Source: Candidatus Bathyarchaeia archaeon
GTDB lineage: Archaea > Thermoproteota > Bathyarchaeia > 40CM-2-53-6
Assembly (NCBI GenBank): GCA_049513715.1
Contig: JBEKVV010000006.1
Coordinates: 46,582-110,581, forward strand
DNA: 64,000 nt
Reading direction: 5' to 3'
The notes under the pieces were generated by a model. That model was not told the DNA's origin, did no database searches, and worked only from the letters and a program-made list of their open reading frames with translations. Position 1 is the stretch's first letter. Each line of letters opens with the position of its first letter. Position numbers and translations under genes: made by a program. Positions 8,763-18,051 of this stretch are shown one piece after another.

Positions 8763-10466
8763 ATGTTGAGCATGCGAGAACGTCGGATCCATTTTTGCTG
8801 TAGACACCGATTGCTTCGCAGGTTTATGTGTCGACTGGAAGGCCTGATTCTAATCACACTATTTCTAGGCCTATTGCTCCATAATGTTGGGAACGTTAAT
8901 GGTGATTGGCCTCCCTTCGAACATGTTTTGGGAAAGCAAACGATACTTGTTATTACTGTTGACTTCTCTGACACAGAGCATTCAGTCACCAAATCCTACG
9001 TAGAAGACATGATCTTTTCCAAAGTGAGTTCATATTTTAGAGAGGCTTCGTTCAACCAGACCTGGATTGAAGGCCAGGTCACCGATCGCTGGTACCGTCT
9101 ATCTGGTACAGTTACCTCCTATGCCGAACGTAATGCCTTAGGGCGTGGTAATCCGTGGAAAGACATGCAGCGGCTCGTTAGAGATGTAGTGTCGATCGCG
9201 GATCATGACGTTGACTTTTCGAAGTTCCGCTATGTTGTAATCGTCCACTCAGGCGAACTAAACGGAGCATGGGGATTAATCAGTCCATACGAAATCGTCA
9301 CTAAGGAGGGACCGCTATCTCGGAATTTTGCAATTCTCTCTGAACGGCATTCCCTCAGCGTTTACGCGCACGAGTTTGGTCACCTTTTCGGTTACCTTCC
9401 GGACATGTATGCAGTTCCAAGCGGCAACCCTGCCTTCGCTGGGCCATGGGATCTGATGTCATGCACATGTTACAGCAGTCCACAACACTTTTCGGCCTGG
9501 AGCAAGATTAAGATGGGATGGATTCATCAAAATCAAGTACTCACCGTAGATTCCTCCGCCGTAACAAGATTGCGACTCGACGCTCAAGAGGTCGAATCCA
9601 ATGGAGTGCTTGCTATAAGAGTCCAATTACCGAGCACGAATGCATACTATCTCTTAGAATTGAGAACTAAGATTGGTTACGATTCAGTGTTACCAGACCA
9701 AGGTGTTGTCGCCTATCTTGTTGATGAGCGCAAGACTGACTGGGGAGAATCTGTCCTAAGTGTTGTACAATACAACACCTCTTCGCTTGAACATGCCACA
9801 TTTGACATGCGTCCAGGCAAGGTCCCCGGATTCTTGGACGAGCTACACGGGTTCGGGCTTGTAGTAATATCTTCGCACGGCTCGTCCAGAGAGCTCTTGA
9901 TAGGAAAACTTACGGCTACACGACCTGCGTTAACGGCGTCCGCGCATATTCAAATGGCTAACGCAACGATCGAATGGGCATGGAGTGAAGGACGAATTCA
10001 GGGACTGGAAGCGGCTCGCGAAAGCTTTCTGGCCTCCTTCGACGCCTTCAACAACACTCATTATGAAGAGGCCGACCGATTAGCAACAGCTGCTGCAACG
10101 CTCGCGGCAAAGGCAACACGACCATCCTCATACGAGCAAGCGGACCAGATGATCAATTCAGCAAGGCAATTGTTGCTCAACTCGTCGTTCACAGTTCCTG
10201 AGGCTCTGGAGCTTCGTCAGCAAGCAGCCATAGCCCTGCAGAATGCCACGTCTTTATTCTATACGAATCGCTTTGACGAGGCACTAGTTCAGGCTCAGCG
10301 TTCATTGGACTTGCTGCGCGAAGCCAGAAAGGTCGAGGCATCCGTTCTAGAACAAGCTAGGCAGGCTGGAAGTAATCAGCGGACAACGACCTTCTCAATC
10401 ATAGCGATCATTGCCGTCTCGGCTATGGTTCTGACCTTGACGTTGGGAAAGAAGAGAAAGAAATGA
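8763..10466 (+). CDS. Membrane-anchored secreted M6-family (immune inhibitor A-like) metalloprotease
   Basis: Signal-like segment (start probably ATG 8826), ITVDFSD, HEFGHLFGYLPDMY, GPWDLMS Met-turn, C-terminal TM + KKRKK. Confidence 0.8.
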   Translation: MLSMRERRIHFCCRHRLLRRFMCRLEGLILITLFLGLLLHNVGNVNGDWPPFEHVLGKQTILVITVDFSDTEHSVTKSYVEDMIFSKVSSYFREASFNQTWIEGQVTDRWYRLSGTVTSYAERNALGRGNPWKDMQRLVRDVVSIADHDVDFSKFRYVVIVHSGELNGAWGLISPYEIVTKEGPLSRNFAILSERHSLSVYAHEFGHLFGYLPDMYAVPSGNPAFAGPWDLMSCTCYSSPQHFSAWSKIKMGWIHQNQVLTVDSSAVTRLRLDAQEVESNGVLAIRVQLPSTNAYYLLELRTKIGYDSVLPDQGVVAYLVDERKTDWGESVLSVVQYNTSSLEHATFDMRPGKVPGFLDELHGFGLVVISSHGSSRELLIGKLTATRPALTASAHIQMANATIEWAWSEGRIQGLEAARESFLASFDAFNNTHYEEADRLATAAATLAAKATRPSSYEQADQMINSARQLLLNSSFTVPEALELRQQAAIALQNATSLFYTNRFDEALVQAQRSLDLLREARKVEASVLEQARQAGSNQRTTTFSIIAIIAVSAMVLTLTLGKKRKK

Positions 10467-10556
10467 GAAATTTGTGTTCTGATCTAGGTTTCGTGCGCGG
10501 TTTTCACATTAACCACCAGGTCCAGTCGGACCACTTAGCCTGACATAACTCCAAGA

Positions 10557-10645
10557 TGGTGCGGGTAAGCTTGAGTAAAGGTGTCCTGAATCGGACCGTT
10601 GTTTTCGTGTGTGTGAGCTAGTGGTGCGCACACACACTAAAAACC
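10557..10645 (-). repeat. Inverted copies of the dispersed repeat
   Basis: Reverse complement of 10602-10628 is CGCACCACTAGCTCACACACACGAAAA versus 8642-8668 CGCACCACTAGACCCACACACACAAAA; second TGGTGCG at 10557-10563. Confidence 0.75.
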
Positions 10646-10893
10646 AGGGTTGCGTCGTGAGGAATTCGTATGGCATTGCCCGTCATGGCTTCACTTACGG
10701 GATCGGTTCGCCATGATTGGGATAAATCGATGACCATGAAATCGCCGTTGGTTGCGGTACATAAAGAGGCGTGTGTGGTTATCAGGCGTGAATACTGGCA
10801 ATTGCTTCCATAGGCGTTTCTTCTTTCACCATGTTCGTTCTCATTTGTGGTAATTGTTGACGGTTCTATTATACGCCGCAGAAGTTACTTTCC

Positions 10894-11439
10894 ATGATCG
10901 TGATGAATAGGCCAGAGCATAGTTCTCTCTCTGAAATCATGACGAGTAAAGTCGTCACAGTGGACATTAGTGAACGGGTAGAGGAAGCGTTGCGGCTTAT
11001 GGTTAGGTTTGATGTGGGGTGCGTCATCGTTACTGATAGGTCAAAGCCTGTGGGCATTGTTACTGAGAGGGACGTCACAAGGGCAGCTCTGCGAGGCGAC
11101 AGCCTGCTCAAACTCCCGGTACGAAGCCTGATGTCTAGGCCGTTACAGACGGCTCCACCGGACATGGAGACATGGCGTGCTTTTGAGATCCTTTTGAAGA
11201 CCGGAGTCAGAAGATTGCCAGTCGTCGAAAATGACAGGCTGGTCGGAATTGTTACAGAAAACGACCTCACCCGATGGGTCCTTCGAATTTTCTACGAACC
11301 CAATCTACCACCCGAGATCCGAAACCTTGTTCACAACCCAAGAATCGAAGCCTTTGCAGGGCGAGTGAAATGCCCCAACTGTGGCCATTATCAGGACGAG
11401 TGCATCTGCGTTAGAACCGCCGTGGCTGCAGAAGAATAA
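10894..11439 (+). CDS. CBS-pair protein with C-terminal Cys-rich (zinc-ribbon-like) tail
   Basis: Two CBS repeats (GIVTERD, GIVTEND); CPNC..ECIC tail. Confidence 0.85.
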   Translation: MIVMNRPEHSSLSEIMTSKVVTVDISERVEEALRLMVRFDVGCVIVTDRSKPVGIVTERDVTRAALRGDSLLKLPVRSLMSRPLQTAPPDMETWRAFEILLKTGVRRLPVVENDRLVGIVTENDLTRWVLRIFYEPNLPPEIRNLVHNPRIEAFAGRVKCPNCGHYQDECICVRTAVAAEE

Positions 11440-11560
11440 ACTCCCCAGTCGGATTCATAATCATCGTCATCAGGGTAATCACCGCAGCGGGCACCGTTCA
11501 AGAGTGCGGTCTCCTGTGAAGATGGCTACAGCCGAGCAGTTATTTCCGTCGACCGTTTTT

Positions 11561-11848
11561 TCATTTGAATGCGTAGATTGAATAGATAATTACGGCGAAA
11601 CCTAAACTTGTGACCATTGTGCCCATCGCGATTGCGGCTAGAAGGGCTTCACCGAATATCACATAGAAAAGCCCTTCAACGACCGTTCCAGCGGTTATGA
11701 GACCAAAGCCTAAGGCTACGTATCGCAAAGGTTCGCTTCTGTTCCGTCTGTAGCCCCTGTAGGCTAAGTATACTATGAAAGCTCCCAAGACGAGAGCCAA
11801 AACCTTCGGGATAGTTGCGAGCCATACGTCCACGGTAAACTCAATCAT
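11561..11848 (-). CDS. Small 3-TM membrane protein paired with upstream HTH regulator
   Basis: Three hydrophobic segments, AYRGYRR, IIYSIY; ATG 11848 likely start. Confidence 0.7.
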   Translation of the reverse strand: MIEFTVDVWLATIPKVLALVLGAFIVYLAYRGYRRNRSEPLRYVALGFGLITAGTVVEGLFYVIFGEALLAAIAMGTMVTSLGFAVIIYSIYAFK

Positions 11849-11865
11849 TAATGCTTCCTTCAAAA

Positions 11866-12225
11866 CTATACCGTTGGTATTGATGTCCACATTCGCGTGA
11901 ATCGATCCGCCACGTGGTCGTTCACGATTACATCGATCCTAACATCGCCTTTCTCGAAGCTAACATCTATGCGTCGCAGCAGGCTTCTGTACAGATCGTA
12001 CCATTTGCCGTCCGTCGTACGCCCCGACTTGACAGCAGCAATCAGCCCCGCCTCGACCAGCTCTTCAATGCGGCGGTAGACCGTGGTAATCGGTATTTCA
12101 TACTTCTTGCTCAGCTCCAAGGCGCTCATTGGGGACTCGATGGTCGCAGTGAGTATTTTCCTAGAATACTCATCAGCCATCGCTGAGAGAATTCGTTGCT
12201 TTGCTGGTTCCTCGCTGACTATCAA
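11866..12225 (-). CDS. Winged-helix (ArsR-like, archaeal) transcriptional regulator
   Basis: ADEYSRKIL, SALELSKKYEIPITTVYRRIEELVEAGLI. Confidence 0.85.
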   Translation of the reverse strand: MIVSEEPAKQRILSAMADEYSRKILTATIESPMSALELSKKYEIPITTVYRRIEELVEAGLIAAVKSGRTTDGKWYDLYRSLLRRIDVSFEKGDVRIDVIVNDHVADRFTRMWTSIPTV

Positions 12226-12334
12226 AGGCGCGCCCTAATCCGCTGCTTATCAGGCTAGTAAGCTTGGTTGTATGCCTTTTAAGCTAACGTAAAATAAGCT
12301 CATCGTTAATGCCCGTCAGATCCGGGTGTGCTAA

Positions 12335-13486
12335 TTGCGAGTCGGCATTGTAGGTGTAGGACAGACACCTTTCGGAAAACTTTCGGATTCTTCAAGTCGT
12401 GAACTGGTGGCCGACGCTTTCAGGGAGGCTTTGTCAGACGCAGGCCTAGCTAGGAAGGATATTTCCACACTCATAGTATGCTCAGGATCGCAGTACGATA
12501 GGCAACGTTCCCCCGCGGGTATTATGGCGGAGTACGTTGGCCTGAACCCAACCCCGACGCTCCATGTGGAAGCAGCTTGTGCTTCCTCGGGCGTGGGGGT
12601 CAGAGTCGGTTGGTCGATGATACAGGCTGGTTTGCATGATACCGTCGCTGTTGTCGGCTTTCAGAAGATGACTGAGCTTGACGCAGCTGAGATTCAAGAC
12701 GTGATGAGTCGGTCGGGCGATGTTATGTGGGAATCCCCTTTCGGCCCCACCATGCCCGCATATTACGCTATGCACGCGAGGGCTCACATGAAACGGTATG
12801 GAACAACGGAGGAGCAATTCGCCCTCGTCTCGGTGAAGAACCATAAGTATGGTGCCACGAACCCGCTGGCGATGTTCAAGAAAGAGATCACAGTGGAAGA
12901 TGTGCTAAAGTCTCGGGTTGTGGCGAGCCCACTGAAGCTTCTTGATTGTTGCGCGAACGCCGATGGTGCAGCTTGCGTGATAATGGCAGGAGAGAAGTTT
13001 GCCAGAAAGACGACTGATAACCCGGTTTGGATTGCGGGCCTAGGATTGGCGTCCAGCCCCATGTCCCTCACAGGCCGTAGCGAGTTTGCGAGCTTCGAAT
13101 GCAGCGTCCACGCCGTGAAACAGGCCTACAAGATGGCCAAAGTGACGGCCCGCGACTTGGATGTGGCTGAGGTTCATGACAGTTTCACCTCTGCCGAGAT
13201 AATCGATTATGAAGACTTGGGTTTCTGCAGAAAGGGGATGGGAGGGAAACTAATCCAGGATGAACAAACATCCATTGGAGGAAGAATTCCCGTAAACGTT
13301 GATGGGGGGTTACTGGCTAAAGGCCACCCTGTTGGCGCAACAGGCGCGTCCCACATAATCTCAATTGTGAAGCAACTTAGGAATCAAGCGGGCCCCAACC
13401 AAGTTCCGAAGGCGAACGTCGGCTTGGCACACAACATTGGCGGAATCGGAATGTACGCCGTCTGTACAGTGCTTCGGGCAACTTGA
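12335..13486 (+). CDS. Thiolase / acetyl-CoA C-acetyltransferase (SCP-x type)
   Basis: EAACASS catalytic Cys, AEVHDSF, GGLLAKGHPVGATG, HNIGG. Confidence 0.9.
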   Translation: MRVGIVGVGQTPFGKLSDSSSRELVADAFREALSDAGLARKDISTLIVCSGSQYDRQRSPAGIMAEYVGLNPTPTLHVEAACASSGVGVRVGWSMIQAGLHDTVAVVGFQKMTELDAAEIQDVMSRSGDVMWESPFGPTMPAYYAMHARAHMKRYGTTEEQFALVSVKNHKYGATNPLAMFKKEITVEDVLKSRVVASPLKLLDCCANADGAACVIMAGEKFARKTTDNPVWIAGLGLASSPMSLTGRSEFASFECSVHAVKQAYKMAKVTARDLDVAEVHDSFTSAEIIDYEDLGFCRKGMGGKLIQDEQTSIGGRIPVNVDGGLLAKGHPVGATGASHIISIVKQLRNQAGPNQVPKANVGLAHNIGGIGMYAVCTVLRAT

Positions 13487-13514
13487 TTTTGACCAGATGG
13501 GAGGTTGTTAGAGT

Positions 13515-13943
13515 ATGGGGTTCGAGAAGTTTGGGTTCATATCTTTCTCCAGCCAAACCAAGGTAGCAAAATTCGTCGACTATTTACAGGATGGAAAAAT
13601 CTACGGCACCAAATGCAAGGAGTGCGGTCGTCTTCAATTTCCTCCAAGGGCACATTGCAATCGGTGCTTATCGAGCAAGTATGAATGGGAAGAACTGTCA
13701 GGCGACTGCACTCTCATAACATTCACGAAAGTCGAGGCCTCACCAGCCGCATTCAAGGAACAGTCGCCGTACGTGATTGGCCTTGCAGAATTTGTTGAGG
13801 GCCCAAAGGTTTTCGCATGGATGGACAAATCGATATCCGAAGGTGAAGTCACAATTGGAATGAAATTGAAGCTGAAATCCTCGAAGCTTCCAAATGGAAA
13901 CCTGTCGTACACTCTTTTCAGAACCGAAACAGAGCACGATTGA
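13515..13943 (+). CDS. DUF35 Zn-ribbon/OB-fold thiolase partner
   Basis: CKECG..FPPRAHCNRC, PYVIGL; directly after thiolase with GGAGG RBS. Confidence 0.9.
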   Translation: MGFEKFGFISFSSQTKVAKFVDYLQDGKIYGTKCKECGRLQFPPRAHCNRCLSSKYEWEELSGDCTLITFTKVEASPAAFKEQSPYVIGLAEFVEGPKVFAWMDKSISEGEVTIGMKLKLKSSKLPNGNLSYTLFRTETEHD

Positions 13944-14730
13944 TGGGTTGTACTGAATTCGAGGAGCGTGAACCCTAGCGCAGACGAGCCTATGAAGTTT
14001 AGAACTCAAACCGGGTGACTGTGTGGTCGCCCGTTACGGCAGCAAGCTGGCAAATACTCGTCGTCTATTTGTTCTTCGCTTGCTTGCGGTTTTTTCTCTG
14101 TCACGAAGCCCTCTCAACCATACTACGGCATCGCTTAAATGATTTTTCAAACAGAAAATTCCGCTAACAAGAAACTCGACGTTCAAATCAGGTGGCTCAG
14201 CCCAAGCTATCCAGAACTTAGGTCATGCATGCCGCAAGACGTCGATCAATTACGCGTCATTACTGAGGTATAGCGTGAGTTGGCCTTTCTTTTGGAACCA
14301 GTCAGTGACTTGGTATCCCCCATCGTCCAGTTTTGCGGATGTGAGTAAGCTCAAAAGCCCCTGTAAAATTGGTGAATCGTATTTTGTACCCGATAGATAC
14401 CAGAACCCATTCAAACCTAACAGAAGTATTTCAGAAACGGTCAATCTTCCTACGAACAACAGCTTCTTTCTGTACCGTCTAATGAAATGCAGGTACTGTC
14501 TAGTTCTGATTCGCTCGTAAATCAGGACTGGCACGCGTCTTTTGAGTTGGACGAGCTGTTCTAGGCTGGCCGAGGTTCTCGCCTCGATTAGCGCAAAACA
14601 TCAGTTTCCATACGGCATATATATGAAATATACAGCCGCCCGAAACTCAGCCTAACCTGTGCAGTTTGATGGGGTAGTTCACGGAGCAAGGAACATTTAG
14701 GTCTCCATCATCTAATGAGGCTCGCGTCTC

Positions 14731-15516
14731 ATGGGGCAGGAGTTCACACTGCGGCTATCAGGCAAAGTTGCCATCATCACAGGGTCGACCGGAGGAATAG
14801 GCCATGCTGCCGCGTTGGAATTGGCGAAGGAAGGTGCGAATATTGTTCTCCAATACAGGTCGAAGAAAGTTGAAGCGGATAATCTAGCGGGGAGGATTGC
14901 CGCCCTAGGCCGCAGAGCAATACTTGCGCAAGTCGATTTTACAAACGTGAGAACAGCTCCGAATGAAGTTGAGCAGATGGTTAATGGAACCATAGATCAG
15001 CTCGGCAGAATCGATGCACTAGTAAACCTAGCCGGCTACCCCGCAAAGGGTGAGTGGAACAAACGCTTCATGGATCTATCGCCTGAGGATTTCTTCAAAC
15101 CCATCAATGTTGACCTCTTCGGTTCTTACCTCTGCGCCCGAGCAGCAGCCCCTTACTTCCTGAAACAGAAGAGCGGGGTTATAGTGAATGTGAGTTCGAC
15201 ACCCGCGCTCAGCGGTCACGATAGAGGTTTTGCGTTTACTGTTGCGAAGGCAGGGGTGATTGGGTTAACGAAAGCCCTCGCCTTTGAACTCGCCCCTCAC
15301 GTGCGCGTGAACACTCTGGCTCTGGGAAATGTGGAGACCACATGGGTCAGCGAGCTGAGCAGTGAAGAGCTGAGCAAGCAGCGTCAGGATAACCTCATCA
15401 GAAGGTTTGGGTCCCCAGAAGAGATTGCTAAGAGTATTGTATTTCTTTGCTCCAACGAATCCTCGTTTCTAAATGGGCAGACGATAGTCCTCGATGGTGG
15501 GAGCACACTTCACTAA
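14731..15516 (+). CDS. SDR-family oxidoreductase (atypical, FxxxK)
   Basis: TGSTGGIG, NLAG, VNVSS, FTVAK, VRVN, GQTIVLDGG. Confidence 0.85.
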   Translation: MGQEFTLRLSGKVAIITGSTGGIGHAAALELAKEGANIVLQYRSKKVEADNLAGRIAALGRRAILAQVDFTNVRTAPNEVEQMVNGTIDQLGRIDALVNLAGYPAKGEWNKRFMDLSPEDFFKPINVDLFGSYLCARAAAPYFLKQKSGVIVNVSSTPALSGHDRGFAFTVAKAGVIGLTKALAFELAPHVRVNTLALGNVETTWVSELSSEELSKQRQDNLIRRFGSPEEIAKSIVFLCSNESSFLNGQTIVLDGGSTLH

Positions 15517-15550
15517 CGTGGTACGAAACTGCGAGTGGAGCTGGGATTGA

Positions 15551-16432
15551 ATGAATCACGCAGTAGAGGATGACAAGACCCGTTTCGGGTTATTGGCTGT
15601 CATCCTAATTCTCATCGCAGTCTTCGCGGTTTTCCGGTTCGCATTGTACACTCTGGAGAGTGTGTACGGCATCTCAGTGCCCTTCCCGCAAGTCACGATT
15701 GCTCTAACGTGGGCAGTGTTGGGGCTCGTCGGAGCGTATGTGGTTGGCCGTACGATTCAGACCACGACAGCACCGCTCATCGGAGCCCGAGGCGCGTCCA
15801 CGGCCCGCAAGGTGGTCACCGTGACACTGATCTTTGCAGTCTTGATTGTAACCCTGGTGAACCTGCGCGTCGACGTTTCGGGATATTTGGTGAGCCTCGG
15901 AATCAGTGCCGTTGTGATTGGGTTTGCTGCGCAGGCTACCATTGGGAACTTGATCTCGGGAGTTTTGGTGTTGATTAGCAAGCCTTTCCGGAAGGGTGAC
16001 TACATCAAGGTCAACATGCCCGGAGCCCCCATAGAGGGAACGATTGACGAGATATCGTTCCTGCGAAGCCGGATTTTCACTAATGATGGGGTTTCAATTT
16101 CCGTCCCAAACACAGTCATGCTCGCCGTTCCGATTAGCAATTTCACGGTCTTCGAGCACCGCCCCCTTGTCCTCAACATATCACTCGAACGCAATGTCTC
16201 CGTAGATGATTTCAAGAGCAAAATTGAGTCGGCAATGCTCGCGAATGGGGAAAATATGCACGAGGTTCGCCTGTACGTGAAGGGTCTAGATCAAGATTCA
16301 ACGAACATGGAACTCTGGGTTCATGTTGCAACCCAAAGTTTTCTCAAAGAACGAAGTCTCATCGTACAGAGCATCAAGAAAATCTGCGAAAAAGAAAACA
16401 TACCCTTAAAGAAAATCGAACTCCAAAGCTAA
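15551..16432 (+). CDS. MscS small-conductance mechanosensitive channel
   Basis: TM segments, GFAAQATIGNLISG, KPFRKGDYI, VPN. Confidence 0.88.
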   Translation: MNHAVEDDKTRFGLLAVILILIAVFAVFRFALYTLESVYGISVPFPQVTIALTWAVLGLVGAYVVGRTIQTTTAPLIGARGASTARKVVTVTLIFAVLIVTLVNLRVDVSGYLVSLGISAVVIGFAAQATIGNLISGVLVLISKPFRKGDYIKVNMPGAPIEGTIDEISFLRSRIFTNDGVSISVPNTVMLAVPISNFTVFEHRPLVLNISLERNVSVDDFKSKIESAMLANGENMHEVRLYVKGLDQDSTNMELWVHVATQSFLKERSLIVQSIKKICEKENIPLKKIELQS

Positions 16433-16705
16433 CCAACAGAAACCAAGCAGCACCCAGCCTTCAGAACTTTACGCTGGGAGCTATATTGTTCCAGTTGTCC
16501 TTTATTGTGGTCGACGCAAATGCGCTCGCAGTCTACGTCCTCGGCGCTGCAGGGCTCCTTCAATCACTAATGAATTGGGCAGACTGGGCATTCTTCTAAT
16601 TGCAGCCGACTAGAGGCCAGTTTTCGTATTCCACATTCACGAGGTGGAATACAAGAACTCAAGACCTGCAAGCGGATGGTCGAGGAAAACGGCTCCTCTA
16701 TTTAT

Positions 16706-16842
16706 CGCACCCACACTAAATTGAACTAACGACCGGTTAGAATTCTCTTGTCCGCACCATTGATCTCACACGCACAAGAAACTACTAGAATCATGGTTCA
16801 ATTTCTGCCGGTCGCACCAGCTATACTGCACACACGAAAACG
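16706..16842 (+). repeat. Tandem 60-bp-period copies of the dispersed repeat
   Basis: GGTT at 16735 and 16795; CGCACCA at 16753 and 16813; CACAC..AAA tracts near 16708, 16767 and 16829. Confidence 0.75.
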
Positions 16843-16847
16843 TATAA

Positions 16848-17840
16848 TCAATTGACCCTGTCCGAGATAGGCTCGCCCTTCAGAAATCGCTTTACATTTT
16901 CCGCGGCATGAATCATGGCATTTTGCAGGGAGCCTGGCACTATGGCCGAGTTATGTGGTGAACCAAGAAAATTCGGTAGATCGAAAAACGGGTAGTTTAC
17001 GTGAAAGTCTCCCGTGGTGTACGGCTCATGCCACCAAGCGTCCAGCGCCGCAGAGAACCGGGGATGAGTCTTGAGGTGCTCGAATAGCGCCTTTTCTTGA
17101 ATAATCGCACCGCGAGACACATTCACCAGTATGGCGTCTTCCCTCATCCATCCCAGTTCTCTGACTCCTAGAAGCCCATTAGTTGAGCTGGTCAAAGGAA
17201 GGGCGATGAGGACGATATCGGCCACCCGCAACACTCGCTCAAGGTCTTTGAGGGTTCCAACGAATTCCACGGGTTCACTTGTGTTACCGGTCGTGTTGAT
17301 CGCAAATATCTTGACGTCGAAGCATCGCAAGAGTCGGCCTGTAGCTTTCCCAATTCCACCAAAGCCCAAGATTGCGCAAGTAGAGCCGTGAAGCATACGA
17401 TTCATGTTGTGTTGGTCGAAGTTGGCGGCTTTGAGTTTACTATGCCGGTCCAAGAGGTTCTTTTCGAGGGCTAAGATCATTGCTAGGGCGTGTTCTGCCA
17501 TAGGTTCTGCATAGGCTCCAGCGTTGCTCGCAACTAGAATGTTGGGAGGTAGCCTGGAGAAGGGTACTTGGTCAGCTCCGGCAGAGAGAAGTTGCATTAT
17601 TCGTGCACCCGTGATTCCTGCGAATTCCTCGGCGTTTCTCAGCTCGCGGTCGGGGAACCATGTCAAGATGGCGTCAGCTCTTCTAAGTTGCACCAGTCGC
17701 TCTTCTTGTCGAAGTTCAGGGAGAAACACAACTTGAGCCGTTTTGCCGAAAACGTTGCTGAGCGTGGTTCGGTCTTCTTTGTCTGTGTCAAAGGTGACCG
17801 CGATCACGTGATCGACGCGTCCATTGGAGCTTGCTTTCAT
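16848..17840 (-). CDS. D-isomer-specific 2-hydroxyacid dehydrogenase
   Basis: SAGAD, ILGFGGIG, LVNVSRG, LDAWWHEP, SPHNS. Confidence 0.88.
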   Translation of the reverse strand: MKASSNGRVDHVIAVTFDTDKEDRTTLSNVFGKTAQVVFLPELRQEERLVQLRRADAILTWFPDRELRNAEEFAGITGARIMQLLSAGADQVPFSRLPPNILVASNAGAYAEPMAEHALAMILALEKNLLDRHSKLKAANFDQHNMNRMLHGSTCAILGFGGIGKATGRLLRCFDVKIFAINTTGNTSEPVEFVGTLKDLERVLRVADIVLIALPLTSSTNGLLGVRELGWMREDAILVNVSRGAIIQEKALFEHLKTHPRFSAALDAWWHEPYTTGDFHVNYPFFDLPNFLGSPHNSAIVPGSLQNAMIHAAENVKRFLKGEPISDRVN

Positions 17841-17916
17841 AAACTTTCGTCCATCGTCTCTTTGATGCCGACGTAAGGTATGTTGGCTTATATCTCAAGC
17901 TTCTGACTTCAAGTGA

Positions 17917-17984
17917 TTTGCTTGTGTGCAATCATCATGGTGCGCACACACACAACTGGAGTTCAATTTTGGATGCTCGCACCA
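17917..17984. repeat. Back-to-back inverted and direct copies of the dispersed repeat
   Basis: TGTGTGCAATCATCATGGTGCG then CACACACAC..GTTCAATTTTGGATGCTCGCACCA; 17938-17953 identical (16 nt) to 10622-10637. Confidence 0.8.
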
Positions 17985-18051
17985 GCATAATCGTCATCAT
18001 CGCGCACCGGCAGATCCACAGAAGTGTATTTATTTCTCGTAATAGCGTTTT

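Noticed and set aside
12335..13943. Mevalonate-pathway thiolase complex
   Set aside because: No HMG-CoA synthase adjacent; thiolase-DUF35 pairs are common in archaeal acyl-CoA metabolism.
14180..14204. CGTTCAAATCAGGTGGCTCAGCCCA as another tRNA-end-like copy
   Set aside because: Lacks the CGCACCA and CACAC boxes; could be chance.
14250..14534. 94-aa minus-strand ORF
   Set aside because: No recognisable motif or clear start context; possible gene remnant but unsupported.
16735..16819. Intact tRNA genes at the GGTTC...ACCA motifs
   Set aside because: No matching 5' acceptor strand, D-arm or anticodon arm found upstream, and T-stem pairing is poor.
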